DNA of 64,000 bases from Candidatus Velthaea sp. (GCA_965214935.1 CBDCCS010000004.1:42954-106953); one strand, 5' to 3'; positions 1 through 10,413 are shown, numbered from the stretch's first letter. The notes: a model not told the origin generated them from the sequence alone. Translations and numbers: made by a program.

Positions 1-1183
1 GATACACGGTAGCCGGCTGCGTATAGCTCGTAAAATTAAAGAACATCTCGCGATCGAGCCGTCTACCGGTGAAACCGCCCGCCGTGCCGAAACCGGGCAA
101 CGCTAATTCACCGACGCGTTCCCCTTTGAGTGTCATGATGGACACAGCAGAACGCGCGTCGGTCAGGTAATGGACGAAAAAACAATCGCCGAACAGTGCG
201 ACGCTGTCGAGGACATCGCTTGTCTCGGGCAGGAGTTCGCGTCGCAATCCGTTCCGAGCATCGATTGATATCACGCGACCCAACGGCGCATCAAACGTCG
301 TTTGAAAGTATAAGCAATCACCATCATTGCCGATAAAGTCATAGTGTCCGTCCGCGTCGGGCAACAGCTCGATGACATCGGCTTGACACGAGATGTCGCG
401 CACGAACACGCGATTCTTCGGATCGGTACCTTGCGTGACCTGAATGATGAGCCAGCGTCCGTCTTCGGAAACCAGCGGCGCAATGTTCCAATCTTTATGA
501 TCGGGCCTCTCGTAGACGAGCACGTCATCCATTTGACTCGTGCCGAGCGCATGAAAAAACAATTTATGGTTGAAATTCGTATCTTTGAAACGGCCTTCGC
601 CCGGCTCGTCGTAACGGCTATAATAAAAGCCGGATCCGTCAATGCGCCATGCGGCACCTGAGAATTTGCTCCACCGCACGACGTCGGGCAAATCGAGGCG
701 CGTTGCAACGTCGCGCACGCGCCATTCAAGCCAGTCCGAACCCGAAGCGGCGAGCGCATAAGCTAAATACCTGCCGTCGTGACTGAAGGCAAGGCCTGAC
801 AGCGCGATCGTTCCATCGCTTGACAAGACGTTTGGATCGAGCAACGTTGTAGCGCTTTGCAAGTCGGGCCCGGCTAATAACACGGACTGATTCTGCAGTC
901 CGGTGTTTCTAAAGAATACGTAGTTATCACCCTCGCGCGAGGGTGTTGAATACCGTTCGTAATTCCAAACATGCTCGAGGCGGTCACGGATAGCTGTGCG
1001 CCGGTCGACCGTCGTAAGGAATGATTCGGTGAGTGCGTTTTGCGCTGCGATCCAAGCGACCGTCTCGCGTGCGTCGACGTTTTCGAGCCAGCGGTACGGG
1101 TCGGCGATTGCATGTCCGTGATAATCTTCGACGACATCGCCACACGGAGTCGGAGGATAAGCTTGCAGCGTTTCGGGCATCAT
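1..1183 (-). CDS. Prolyl oligopeptidase (S9A), N-terminal/beta-propeller part; runs off the window edge
   Basis: My translation (absent from the ORF track because there is no stop in the window): MMPETLQAYPPTPCGDVVEDYHGHAIADPYRWLE...LDPNVLSSDGTIAL...SGSDW...KFSGAAW...FTSYTQPATVY, typical S9A N-terminal motifs. Confidence 0.92.
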   Translation of the reverse strand, partial: MMPETLQAYPPTPCGDVVEDYHGHAIADPYRWLENVDARETVAWIAAQNALTESFLTTVDRRTAIRDRLEHVWNYERYSTPSREGDNYVFFRNTGLQNQSVLLAGPDLQSATTLLDPNVLSSDGTIALSGLAFSHDGRYLAYALAASGSDWLEWRVRDVATRLDLPDVVRWSKFSGAAWRIDGSGFYYSRYDEPGEGRFKDTNFNHKLFFHALGTSQMDDVLVYERPDHKDWNIAPLVSEDGRWLIIQVTQGTDPKNRVFVRDISCQADVIELLPDADGHYDFIGNDGDCLYFQTTFDAPLGRVISIDARNGLRRELLPETSDVLDSVALFGDCFFVHYLTDARSAVSIMTLKGERVGELALPGFGTAGGFTGRRLDREMFFNFTSYTQPATVY

Positions 1184-1377
1184 GCTTTTCGCTTCTTCAA
1201 AGCGGTTCGCGCCTCCGTCGTTACACGTGCAAGGCTGCGGCTCGATGAACGCAAACGTGCATCGGCGGGCTGTTGACGGTCGGCTGCCGATACGAGGCTC
1301 GCTTTACAATGATGCAGTACGGAACCGTGCAAACAGGTGGATTCCGCTGCGGCACTCGCGAAGTGATCGCCTCGCGC

Positions 1378-1450
1378 GGGGACGTAGCTCAGTTGGTAGA
1401 GCGCCTGCTTTGCAAGCAGGATGTCAGGAGTTCGAATCTCCTCGTCTCCA
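1378..1450 (+). tRNA. tRNA-Ala(TGC), CCA not encoded
   Basis: Cloverleaf: acceptor GGGGACG/CGTCTCC with G3:U70, D arm GCTC/GAGC, anticodon arm CCTGC-TTTGCAA-GCAGG, T loop TTCGAAT. Confidence 0.97.
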
Positions 1451-1464
1451 CATTTGATTGCGGG

Positions 1465-1509
1465 AAGCAGAACGTCGGTTCGAATCTCATCAGAGCGGAT
1501 CTGCTTTTT
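1465..1509 (+). terminator. Possible hairpin/terminator after tRNA-Ala, enclosing a degenerate copy of the tRNA 3' half
   Basis: AAGCAGA...TCTGCTT followed by a T run. Confidence 0.35.
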
Positions 1510-1719
1510 CGAAGCTCGTAATTTGCGGCAATCGGCCTATCTATTGCCTCAGGCAGAGTCGGCTCTAAGCCTACCGCAGCAACGCGACGAGCAGCCCGGG
1601 CGATAAGCGGTCGAAGAACCGGCTCCGGTCCTTCATGTTGCGGTGTCGCCGAAACGCTTGTGGCCGAGCCGGAAGCCCAACGCTCGATCCGGGGGGCTCG
1701 AACATGAGGCGGAGCACGC

Positions 1720-1953
1720 GTGCCTGTTTTGCCGATCTTCTGCCCGATTCGTGCAAGCGCTCCGGCCGTCGCATCCTTGTTGCCCCCGCCGCAGTCGCGT
1801 CTGTTGCGCGAGCTGCTCGAGCCGACAGCCACCTGCGGCTTCACACTTCGTCTTTGCAACCGGCTTTGCCAGGCGATGTCTGCCGATGAGGCAGCGGCGT
1901 ATGTGCCGCACATCCTCGAGCAAGCCTACATCCGTCACTGCGAGCCGCTGTAG
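1720..1953 (+). CDS. Small hypothetical protein (77 aa)
   Basis: GTG start preceded by GAGGCGGAG; protein-like helical C-terminus; no recognised family. Confidence 0.4.
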   Translation: MPVLPIFCPIRASAPAVASLLPPPQSRLLRELLEPTATCGFTLRLCNRLCQAMSADEAAAYVPHILEQAYIRHCEPL

Positions 1954-2051
1954 CGACTCATCGAGGCCGGAACGGCGGATCTCGGCTGGGGTTTGGCGAT
2001 CGGTGATAACCTGTCCGTTACCTGCGCTGAGTTCTCCCATCCATCACAGTA

Positions 2052-2101
2052 GGCTAAAGCGAACGTTCGAGTGCCGGGCTAAAGCGAACGTTCGAGTGCC
2101 G
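2052..2101. repeat. Perfect tandem direct repeat, 2 x 25 bp
   Basis: GGCTAAAGCGAACGTTCGAGTGCCG at 2052-2076 and 2077-2101; each unit contains the palindrome CGAACGTTCG. Confidence 0.95.
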
Positions 2102-2387
2102 GTTCGCACAAAGGTGATACCGTCGGTTTCCGGCGCCGAGGATCCCGCAACGCCGGCGAGTTCAGGCCGCGAGGCGCTGCGCTATCTTCCCCACGCTCGG
2201 CAATTATCGTGCAGCACGCTTGCCATGAATCGAATTTGCATGCCGGACGCCGTTCTCGTCAGCTTCGTAAAGACGCGTCAATTCGCATAACGTCAATGCG
2301 AGTTGCGCGGCGCTGAACCGGCGTCCGCCATTCATGCACTCTATGACAGGCTTCGAAAACGTCGAGCCGCCAGCCGGACCTGCAACA

Positions 2388-2600
2388 TTAGGTCGGGCGG
2401 GAGTCAAGGTGCGATAGCGGTAACGTTCTTGCGCCGACTGATTCAATTGCAACGATGTGCTCGAGCGCAAAATAGTGCGAGGATGCCTCATCGGCATGCA
2501 GCGCGGCACGCAGTTCCTCGGTATGCGCTTGAACGAGCCGCGTTGCAGTTTCGTCGTCGCCCGCATCGAATGATAGGCTAAACGTGGCGATGTATTCCAA
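2388..2600 (-). CDS. Small hypothetical protein (~70 aa)
   Basis: TTG start with GGAAGG Shine-Dalgarno; MEYIATFSLSFDAGDDETATRLVQAHTEELRAAL... has a beta-alpha-beta pattern. Confidence 0.5.
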   Translation of the reverse strand: MEYIATFSLSFDAGDDETATRLVQAHTEELRAALHADEASSHYFALEHIVAIESVGARTLPLSHLDSRPT

Positions 2601-2750
2601 GACTACCTTCCGTCCGTTCCGCTTACAATTTCGCATTTTGTTCGCAATGTCGTGCGTCCGGCCTGTAGGACGGTCACCGATTGCGATGACCGCCGGCTAG
2701 CCGCCGCGCCGCCGCAAACAATAATTGCGATCGGCCGAAAGTCTATCTAT

Positions 2751-4592
2751 TTAGCGGCCCGACCCAACCTCGAGCGACGCAGACGGGCTGACGGCCGCAT
2801 TGTGACAACGACTACGCACCGTCGATTTCGCGTGATTTAAATTTAAAGCGCTATTGATGAGCCCGACATGCGAAAAAGCTTGCGGAAAATTTCCGACGAA
2901 GCGCTCTGCTTGCGGATCGAACTCTTCGGATAGCAGACCGACATCATTGCAAAGACGGATCAAGCGTTCGAAAAACGCCTGGCCTTCAGCCCGCCGGCCC
3001 GCTAACACGTACGCATCGACAAGCCAGAAACTGCAGGCTAAGAACGCCCCTTCACCGGGCGGTAATCCGTCGACATTCGTTGCCCGTTCTTCCGTGTAAC
3101 GGTAGACGAAACCATCGCGCAGCAACGTCTGCTCGATCGCGGTAACCGTCCCGGTAACCCGGTCGTCGCCGGGCGGCAGAAAGCCGACGAGCGGAATGAG
3201 CAGGCAGCTGGCATCGAGCGACGCCGAGCCGTACGCTTGCGTGAAGGTCCGGCGCGCCGAATCAAAGGCGTTCGTACAGACATCGTGGTGAATGGCGTCG
3301 CGCGTTTCGCGCCAACTTGCAACCGGTCCCTCGAGTCCAAATTCTTCAACGGCTTTGACCGCGCGGTCGAGTGCGACCCAAGCCATCACTTTAGAGTGCG
3401 TAAAGTGTTGCAGCGGCCCGCGAACTTCCCACAGACCGCGATCCGGCTCGCGCCACCGTCGCTCGACTTCACGAACCATCGCGCAAAAGAGCGCCCAATC
3501 GTTAGCGGTTGATTCGAGCCCGTGCCGGCGAGCCGTATACAAAAGATCGACCACTTCGCCATAAACGTCAAGCTGGAATTGACCGTCGGCGGCGTTTCCC
3601 GAACGTACCGGTTTTGCACCTTCGTAACCGCCGAGCCACGGCAGTTCGATCTCCGGTAAGCGCCGGTTCCCGCGGATGTCGTACACGATCTGTAAGTCGC
3701 TCGGCGCACCCGCGACTGCGCGCAACAGCCAATTTCGCCACGCTTGCGCGTCGCTTTCGAAGCCGGCATTGAGCAGCACGTTGAGCGTGAAGGTCGCGTC
3801 GCGTAGCCAGCAGTACCGGTAGTCCCAATTACGCACGCCGCCCAGCTGTTCGGGCAACGACGATGTCGGCGCAGCAACGATCCCGCCGGTCGGCTCGTAC
3901 GTCAGCGCATTGAGGGTAATGAGCGATCGCAAAACAAGTTTGCGATACTTCCCATCGTAGGTGCACTGCTTGGACCACGCGCGCCACGACGCAGCTGTTT
4001 TATCGATCGCATCGTGTTTCGCGCGTGGCTCCGGCTGTGCTTCGTACGACGGGTAATGCGTGAGGTCGAACCTGACATCGGCGCCGGCTTCGATGGTGAA
4101 ATCGGCGATCGTCACGAGATTCTCGGAACGCAGTTCGACATCGCTTGCGAGAAATAAGCCGTCGCTGCCGGCAATCGCCAACAGTCCGCCTTCGACACGC
4201 TGCACCCACGGAACGATCGACCCGTAATCAAAGCGCACGATGTATTCGAGATGCATTTCCACCCGGCCGCGGATCCCCGTTATGCGCCGTATGATGCGCG
4301 GCCGGTCGCGTTCTAAAACCATGGCGTCGGTCACGCACACGGAGCCGCCGGCGGTCGTAAAGGTCGTGTCGAGGATGAGCGTACCGGCCTTGTACTCGCG
4401 CTTGACGCCGATAACGGCTTCGCTGGGCGCAATTTGCCAGTGACCGTTCGCCGCATCTCCAACAATCGCGGCGAACACCGCCGGGCCGTCGAAGCGCGGC
4501 AGGCACAGCCAGTCGATCGATCCGTTGTTCCCTACCAGCGCTGCTGAATGCCGATCGCCGATGAGTGCATAATCCTCGATCCGCAGCGCCAT
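2751..4592 (-). CDS. Glycoside hydrolase family 15 (glucoamylase/trehalase-like)
   Basis: IEDYALIGD, GSIDWLCLPRFD, AAPTSSLPE, RNWDYRYCWLRD, GNFPQAFSH motifs. Confidence 0.95.
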   Translation of the reverse strand: MALRIEDYALIGDRHSAALVGNNGSIDWLCLPRFDGPAVFAAIVGDAANGHWQIAPSEAVIGVKREYKAGTLILDTTFTTAGGSVCVTDAMVLERDRPRIIRRITGIRGRVEMHLEYIVRFDYGSIVPWVQRVEGGLLAIAGSDGLFLASDVELRSENLVTIADFTIEAGADVRFDLTHYPSYEAQPEPRAKHDAIDKTAASWRAWSKQCTYDGKYRKLVLRSLITLNALTYEPTGGIVAAPTSSLPEQLGGVRNWDYRYCWLRDATFTLNVLLNAGFESDAQAWRNWLLRAVAGAPSDLQIVYDIRGNRRLPEIELPWLGGYEGAKPVRSGNAADGQFQLDVYGEVVDLLYTARRHGLESTANDWALFCAMVREVERRWREPDRGLWEVRGPLQHFTHSKVMAWVALDRAVKAVEEFGLEGPVASWRETRDAIHHDVCTNAFDSARRTFTQAYGSASLDASCLLIPLVGFLPPGDDRVTGTVTAIEQTLLRDGFVYRYTEERATNVDGLPPGEGAFLACSFWLVDAYVLAGRRAEGQAFFERLIRLCNDVGLLSEEFDPQAERFVGNFPQAFSHVGLINSALNLNHAKSTVRSRCHNAAVSPSASLEVGSGR

Positions 4593-4702
4593 CCGCCAGG
4601 TCCTACCCAAAGGAGCACCGCCTTAGTCGCCACCTCATGCGGCCGCCAAGTTGCGAGCAGCGGCGGTAGGGGACGCAGCAACGTGCAAGGCAGAGCACGA
4701 CC

Positions 4703-5509
4703 ATGGCAGATCGACAATTGCAAGGCCAAACGGCGATCGTAACGGGCGCGAATTCGGGGATCGGCTACGCCTGTGCCGACGCGCTCGCTCGATGCGGTGC
4801 CGCCGTCGCGATCAACTACCACCGCCATGCCGAAAATGCCGTCAACCTCGCGGCCGCAATCGGCGCGCGCGGTGGACGTGCAATCGCCGTCGACGGCGAC
4901 GTTTCGAATGAAGCGGACGTCGAGCGAATCTTCGCGACCACGTTGGACGCGTTCGGTTCGGTCGACATTTTGATCAACAACGCGGGATTGCAAAAGGACG
5001 CGGCGTTCGTCGATATGACGCTCGAAGATTGGAATGCGACGCTGGACATCGATCTCACCGGCGCATTCTTGTGCAGCCGTGCCGCCGCGCGCATCTTTCT
5101 TCGTCAAGGCGTCCGCGCCGGCGGCTCCCGCGCTGCGGGTAAAATCATCTTCATCAGCTCGGTTCACGAGCGTATACCATGGGCCGGCCACGCCAATTAC
5201 ACGGCGGCCAAAGGCGGCATCAAGATGCTGATGCAAACGTTGGCCCAGGAACTCGCCGCAGAGCGCATCCGCGTCAATGCCATCGCGCCCGGGGCGATTA
5301 AAACGTCGATCAACGAAAAGGTTTGGGGCGATCCGCAAGCGGCGCACGAGCTCCTCAAGCTCATTCCATACGGTCGAATCGGCGACGTTGAAGACGTAGC
5401 CGCAGCCGTTGTATGGCTTGCGTCGGACCTAGCGGATTATATTACCGGAACGACGCTCTTTGTCGACGGCGGAATGGCGCTCTATCCCGGATTCGAAAGA
5501 AACGGCTGA
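4703..5509 (+). CDS. Glucose 1-dehydrogenase-like short-chain dehydrogenase
   Basis: TGANSGIG, NNAG, SSVHERIPW, YTAAKGG; adjacent to the GH15 gene. Confidence 0.9.
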   Translation: MADRQLQGQTAIVTGANSGIGYACADALARCGAAVAINYHRHAENAVNLAAAIGARGGRAIAVDGDVSNEADVERIFATTLDAFGSVDILINNAGLQKDAAFVDMTLEDWNATLDIDLTGAFLCSRAAARIFLRQGVRAGGSRAAGKIIFISSVHERIPWAGHANYTAAKGGIKMLMQTLAQELAAERIRVNAIAPGAIKTSINEKVWGDPQAAHELLKLIPYGRIGDVEDVAAAVVWLASDLADYITGTTLFVDGGMALYPGFERNG

Positions 5510-5603
5510 ACGCGTCAGCCGACCTAGACCTAGGCGACGTGCGACCGGCTTCACCGCTCGAGCGTTCGTCGGATTCGTGCAACCGTAGTACGAACAGAAG
5601 AGA

Positions 5604-5625
5604 GGCGCAGACATGCATCTGCGCC
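5604..5625. terminator. Hairpin between convergent genes
   Basis: GGCGCAGA-CATGCA-TCTGCGCC. Confidence 0.5.
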
Positions 5626-5658
5626 CCTGGTTTCGGGTTCGTCCGAAGGACTTAGAGC

Positions 5659-8600
5659 TTACTTACCATCGCCGTCCGAATCGTTTTTGTCGTAATTCTG
5701 CGACGATACGGCAAGCGCCGACTTTGCGGGCAGCGATCCTCGCCCCGTTAAGCCGAACTCTAAAATCTGATTGTAGTACTGGGGATTGACGTGGTCCGGC
5801 CGTGAGAAGTCGAGACCGGCCGTTGCGCTGGCCCACCAGGCGCGGTCGTGCAGATCCGCAACGCGTGCCGACCGCACGGCGCCTGGGTTTTTACATGCCG
5901 GAACGAGGTCGGTCGCGACGGGTTTCGCGCACAACGAGCCGGGAATGATCGCCGTATACGGCGTCACGTCCGGCACGCGTTTAAAGGCATCGACGATCGG
6001 TTGAGCGTTGGAATCTTGGAAACCCAGGTGATTGACGCCGAGCAGATCTTCGACCGTCCGCAGCGCCGACGTCGAGAAGTACGTTGAATGCACGACGCCG
6101 ACTTTTTGGGAGTACGGTGAAATGATATGGACGATCGAACGATGTGCGTCGACATGATCCTGACCGTCTTGCGGATCGTCTTCAAGCATAACGATCGCCG
6201 TTGACGACCAATACGGTGAATGCGAAACCGCTTCGACGAGTTTGCCGATGGCGTAATCGTGGTCCGCTAACTCTAATTGCGGCGTCCCGAGGCCTTCAAG
6301 CGCGGTCTTGAGCGAACCGGTATGATCGTGCGGAATCGTCATCGTCATGAGCGCCGGCATGTTGCGGTGCGCCACGAAGCCGTTGAACTCGCGGGTCCAT
6401 TCTTCGATGCGGTAGATGTCGGGATAATTTTGATCGAAAGCACGGTAGTACGGGTCCGTCACCGGCTGAATTGACGGCGTGCTTGCTGCCGCCTGCGGCA
6501 CGTGCGCCATGAATGGGTTACGTACCAGCGCCGGGTTGAGCGGAGCCGGATAGCTATAGGGGTTGAGATCGATTTGCCAGCCGTAATTACGAACCGAGTT
6601 CGCGCCGTATTTGCGCAGCACGGTTTCCCAAATATATCCGCCGATAGCGTTCGAGGCGAGATTGTTTGCACCGACGTTTGCGGACGGATCTTTGATACCC
6701 GGCAAGATCGTCGACTTGCCGCTGGGATCGAGAATACCGGTGATCCGCGTCTTGAAAATCGAGGGCGGACCGGTCGGCGGCAGCCCGAGATTGATATTGT
6801 TGACGATGCCTTGCCAGTCGTAGGTAAAGCCGTCGGCGCCGTTCCCGTAATCGACCGGCTGCGTCTTCTCGATATAGTCGTTGGTATGGCCTTGCATAAC
6901 CCAATTCCAACCGACGCCGCTCGTTTCACTCGAGTCATAAAAATTATCGAGCGTGACGAAGTTCGTCGCGAGCGCATGGAGATTTGGCGTAATCGGCTGA
7001 CTGAAAAATGTTAAGCGCGGATCGCCGTTCGAGCCGTTATGCAGATCGCCGAGTACTTGATCGAACGTGCGGTTTTCATTCACGATGTAGATGACGTGCT
7101 TAATTCTCGTCTGCAAGTACTGCATCATCGCGAAGTTATGCCGATTATTGAAGTTGTTGTTGACGTCGACGATGTTCGAAAGATATCCGAGCGTCGTGTC
7201 ATCGGGCGTCGGCATGGACAGCAGCCCTGACTTTTCGAGCTCCCAGGTGTATTCATTTTTCCACGTCGGATTCGTGGCAACGCCGAAGGGCGTATTCCAG
7301 GCATAATACCGATTGCCCGGATTCGGACCGCTATTCGACTTCTCGTTTACGACGAAGAGGTGCTTGCCGTCAGGACCGAGCGAAACCGACGTCGGATACC
7401 ATCCCGTCGGAATGCGTCCGAGCACTCGGCCCGTCTTCATATCGAGGACCGCGACGGCGTTTTCACCGCCGAGCGTTACGTACAGACGCGTACCGTTCGC
7501 CCCAATCGCCAACGAGTCGGGGATAGCGCCCTTGTAAACGTCACCCGGACGCCCAACGCTCGCGCTGCCGACGATGCGATCGCTGAGCGTGTCGATCTTG
7601 ACGATCGAGTCATCGTTACCGCAAGCAACGTAGAGATATCGCTGCGCGCTATCCAGGATCGCTTTGTTCGGACCGGCAGGCACCGCGATGACCGCCGAGA
7701 TGGAGCCGCCGGTAAGGACCACGACTTGGTCATCGCGTTCGCTTGTAACGTAAGCTTTTGCGTACGCACCGGCCGGATCGCTCTTCACGGCGACCCAAAA
7801 CGGCATCTCGCCGATCGGCGACAGCGAGCCCGGTGCGGTAAACACGACGTCTTTGATCACGCTGCGTTTAACGGTATCGACGATCGTTGCGGACGCATTG
7901 TGAAAGTTTGCCGTGACGATCGTTTTGCCGTCGCGGCTGATATCAAAGCCGGCGACCGTCGCAGCCGGCGTTAAGGACGGCCCAAAAGCGCTTTTGCCGG
8001 CCGGCGTGTTCGCCAAGCTGCCGCCATGATAATCGGTAATTGCTGCCGTCGGGTTTGCATTGTGATTGAGTACGATAAACGGTGCATCGGGTTTATAGTT
8101 CGTCCCCGGCTTCCCTGCGCTGTTCTTGTAGACGGCGATCCGATCGTCGATTCCACCCGACACATAAAAGCGGTCCGCGCTCGGATCCCAGGCAATACCG
8201 TTATACGTGTTGCGAATCGGAATGATCTGGCGTTTTATCGCCACGCCGCTGCTGATGTCGTAAACGAAGATGCCTTCGGACTGATTCGCGCCGTTATAGG
8301 TATTCGCGACGACCGATAACGGCGCGGGCAAGCCGGTAAGCGGAAACAGGGCCGGGAAGTTTATCGGCTCGGGGGCAGCCCCGCTCGCGACTTGATAGGC
8401 AAAACCGGTATTGAATCCGCTCGTCAAAACGAGCAGCGTTTTTCCATCCGGGCTGACCACGGACGCCATCGCGCTGTCCGCGTCGGCGTTTCCGTCCGGC
8501 CGGAGGCCGCTGGCAAGACGCTGATAGCTCGAACCCGACGCAAGCGTCGGTGTGATGTATTGACCCGTCGGCAGCAGTGCCGGATTTCCGTCGCCGCCGT

Positions 8601-8703
8601 ATACCTGGAGCGGTCGCACCGACGCGGCCGACGAAAGCGTTGCGCTCGCCGCAAACAGAGCGAGTAACGAGCACGTAAGTGTACGCTCAAAGCGTGAGAA
8701 AAT
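5659..8703 (-). CDS. Secreted YVTN/YncE beta-propeller plus phosphoesterase (alkaline-phosphatase-like) protein; probable ATT start
   Basis: Propeller repeats (IPTGWYP), IKHVIYIVNENRTFDQVLGD, DNFYD, PHDHT, EDDPQDGQDHVDAHRS; a signal peptide is encoded in frame upstream of the GTG at 8619. Confidence 0.88.
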   Translation of the reverse strand: MFSRFERTLTCSLLALFAASATLSSAASVRPLQVYGGDGNPALLPTGQYITPTLASGSSYQRLASGLRPDGNADADSAMASVVSPDGKTLLVLTSGFNTGFAYQVASGAAPEPINFPALFPLTGLPAPLSVVANTYNGANQSEGIFVYDISSGVAIKRQIIPIRNTYNGIAWDPSADRFYVSGGIDDRIAVYKNSAGKPGTNYKPDAPFIVLNHNANPTAAITDYHGGSLANTPAGKSAFGPSLTPAATVAGFDISRDGKTIVTANFHNASATIVDTVKRSVIKDVVFTAPGSLSPIGEMPFWVAVKSDPAGAYAKAYVTSERDDQVVVLTGGSISAVIAVPAGPNKAILDSAQRYLYVACGNDDSIVKIDTLSDRIVGSASVGRPGDVYKGAIPDSLAIGANGTRLYVTLGGENAVAVLDMKTGRVLGRIPTGWYPTSVSLGPDGKHLFVVNEKSNSGPNPGNRYYAWNTPFGVATNPTWKNEYTWELEKSGLLSMPTPDDTTLGYLSNIVDVNNNFNNRHNFAMMQYLQTRIKHVIYIVNENRTFDQVLGDLHNGSNGDPRLTFFSQPITPNLHALATNFVTLDNFYDSSETSGVGWNWVMQGHTNDYIEKTQPVDYGNGADGFTYDWQGIVNNINLGLPPTGPPSIFKTRITGILDPSGKSTILPGIKDPSANVGANNLASNAIGGYIWETVLRKYGANSVRNYGWQIDLNPYSYPAPLNPALVRNPFMAHVPQAAASTPSIQPVTDPYYRAFDQNYPDIYRIEEWTREFNGFVAHRNMPALMTMTIPHDHTGSLKTALEGLGTPQLELADHDYAIGKLVEAVSHSPYWSSTAIVMLEDDPQDGQDHVDAHRSIVHIISPYSQKVGVVHSTYFSTSALRTVEDLLGVNHLGFQDSNAQPIVDAFKRVPDVTPYTAIIPGSLCAKPVATDLVPACKNPGAVRSARVADLHDRAWWASATAGLDFSRPDHVNPQYYNQILEFGLTGRGSLPAKSALAVSSQNYDKNDSDGDGK

Positions 8704-8813
8704 CGGCGTATCCCTTCAAAACCAGAGCAAAGACTCCGCTAAAGGTACGCTCGCAATGTTAAGTTTTGATTAGCTTTGCGCGCTCCAAAGCGATTTCGTC
8801 ATCCGGACTGTGC

Positions 8814-10181
8814 CTAGCGCGAGTCGCCGGATGCCGCAGCACTCGCTGTCTCACGACCGAGCGAGGGAGCGTTACCGCTTACATCTACCCACGCCGAGCC
8901 GTCGGGATATTGGAAATCGAGCACCGACTGTGCGCGCAACGCGGAACTAAAGCCCGGCTCGCGTGGCGCGACGTAGCGCGCCCGCTCGATCTTCACGGGA
9001 TGCTCGAAGTGCTCGTGCAAGTGGTCGACGAATTCGAGAACGCGATTATCGAGACTCGCACCGACGGCGATGTAATCAAAGATCGCGAGGTGCTGCACGA
9101 GCTCGCACAAGCCGACGCCACCCGCATGCGGGCAGACCGGAACGCCGAACTTGGCCGCGAGCAGCATCGTTGCGATCGTATCGTTGACGCCGCCGGAGCG
9201 AACCGCATCGATCTGACAAAATCCGATTGCATCCGCTTGGAGCAGTTGCTTGAACGTTACCCGATTCGCGGCGTGTTCGCCGGTCGCAAGCGCGACCGGA
9301 GCGACGGCGCGGGCGATAGCGGCATGCGCGAGAATATCGTCCGGACTTGTCGGCTCTTCGACCCAAAATAGATCGAATTCGGCAAGTTCCCGGATCGCTG
9401 CGATGGCTGTCGCGCGATCCCAGGTCTGATTCGCATCGACCATCAAGCGCAAGCCGGGACCCATCTCGCTGCGCGCCAGCCGGCACCGCCGGACGTCATC
9501 TGCAAGATCTTTACCGACTTTGAGTTTAATGTGGGTGAAGCCGTCGGCCACAGCAGTGCGAATGCGCGAGCGAATTTTGTCATCATCGTAGCCGAGCCAG
9601 CCGGCCGATGTCGTGTATGCCGGAAAGCCGTCGCGACGCATTTCATTGAGGCGCTCAGCCCGCGTAGCGACATTGCCGTTGAGAATGGCAAGCGCATCCT
9701 GCGGCGTCAGTGCATCGCTTAAATAGCGGAAGTCGACGAGCTCGATGATTTGCTCGGGTGACATTCCGGCAAGTAATTGCCACAGCGGAACGTCGGCGCG
9801 TTTGGCCGCGAGGTCCCAAGCGGCGTTCACGACCGCCGCGATCGCCATCTGCATCACGCCTTTCTCCGGGCCTAACCAACGCAATTGACTATCGTGCGTC
9901 AACTGCTTGAAAAAGGCGCCCATATCGTCGCAAACATCGCTGACGTAGCGCCCCACGACGTATGGCACCAGTGCGCGAATGCCGGCGACTTGCACGTCGT
10001 TGCCGCGCCCGATCGTGAAGGCAAAGCCGTGGCCGGCAACGCCGCTCGGGTCGTCCGTGCGTAAGATAACATATGCCGCTGAATAGTCAGGATCCGGATT
10101 CATCGCATCCGAGCCGTCGTGCTCGCGCGACGTCGGGAATCGGACGTCGTATGTCTCAACGGAAGTAAAACGCGCGTTCAC
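8814..10181 (-). CDS. L-fuconate dehydratase-like enolase superfamily protein
   Basis: [66 protein letters not shown]. Confidence 0.92.
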   Translation of the reverse strand: MNARFTSVETYDVRFPTSREHDGSDAMNPDPDYSAAYVILRTDDPSGVAGHGFAFTIGRGNDVQVAGIRALVPYVVGRYVSDVCDDMGAFFKQLTHDSQLRWLGPEKGVMQMAIAAVVNAAWDLAAKRADVPLWQLLAGMSPEQIIELVDFRYLSDALTPQDALAILNGNVATRAERLNEMRRDGFPAYTTSAGWLGYDDDKIRSRIRTAVADGFTHIKLKVGKDLADDVRRCRLARSEMGPGLRLMVDANQTWDRATAIAAIRELAEFDLFWVEEPTSPDDILAHAAIARAVAPVALATGEHAANRVTFKQLLQADAIGFCQIDAVRSGGVNDTIATMLLAAKFGVPVCPHAGGVGLCELVQHLAIFDYIAVGASLDNRVLEFVDHLHEHFEHPVKIERARYVAPREPGFSSALRAQSVLDFQYPDGSAWVDVSGNAPSLGRETASAAASGDSR

Positions 10182-10333
10182 TCGGCGACCTCACAGATGC
10201 GTGATTGGGCAGATCTTATCGGCGCGAAGTATGAGTCCTCGGGCGGCAGCGCATTGCATGCCGCAGCGCATCGGCGCAAACAACGCGGCCAAGGATAACG
10301 AGTGCGCCGGCGCGAACGGCGTTCGGTCGTCGT

Positions 10334-10406
10334 GGGGGCATAGCTCAGTTGGTAGAGCATCTGCATGGCATGCAGAGGGTCTGCGGTTCGAATCCGCATG
10401 CCTCCA
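10334..10406 (+). tRNA. tRNA-Ala(GGC), CCA not encoded
   Basis: Acceptor GGGGGCA/TGCCTCC with G3:U70; anticodon arm TCTGC-ATGGCAT-GCAGA with A32/U38 typical of Ala-GGC; T loop TTCGAAT. Confidence 0.97.
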
Positions 10407-10413
10407 GTTTACG

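Noticed and set aside
2052..2101. CRISPR array
   Set aside because: Only two abutting units, no spacers and no cas genes; no other regularly spaced repeats seen in the window
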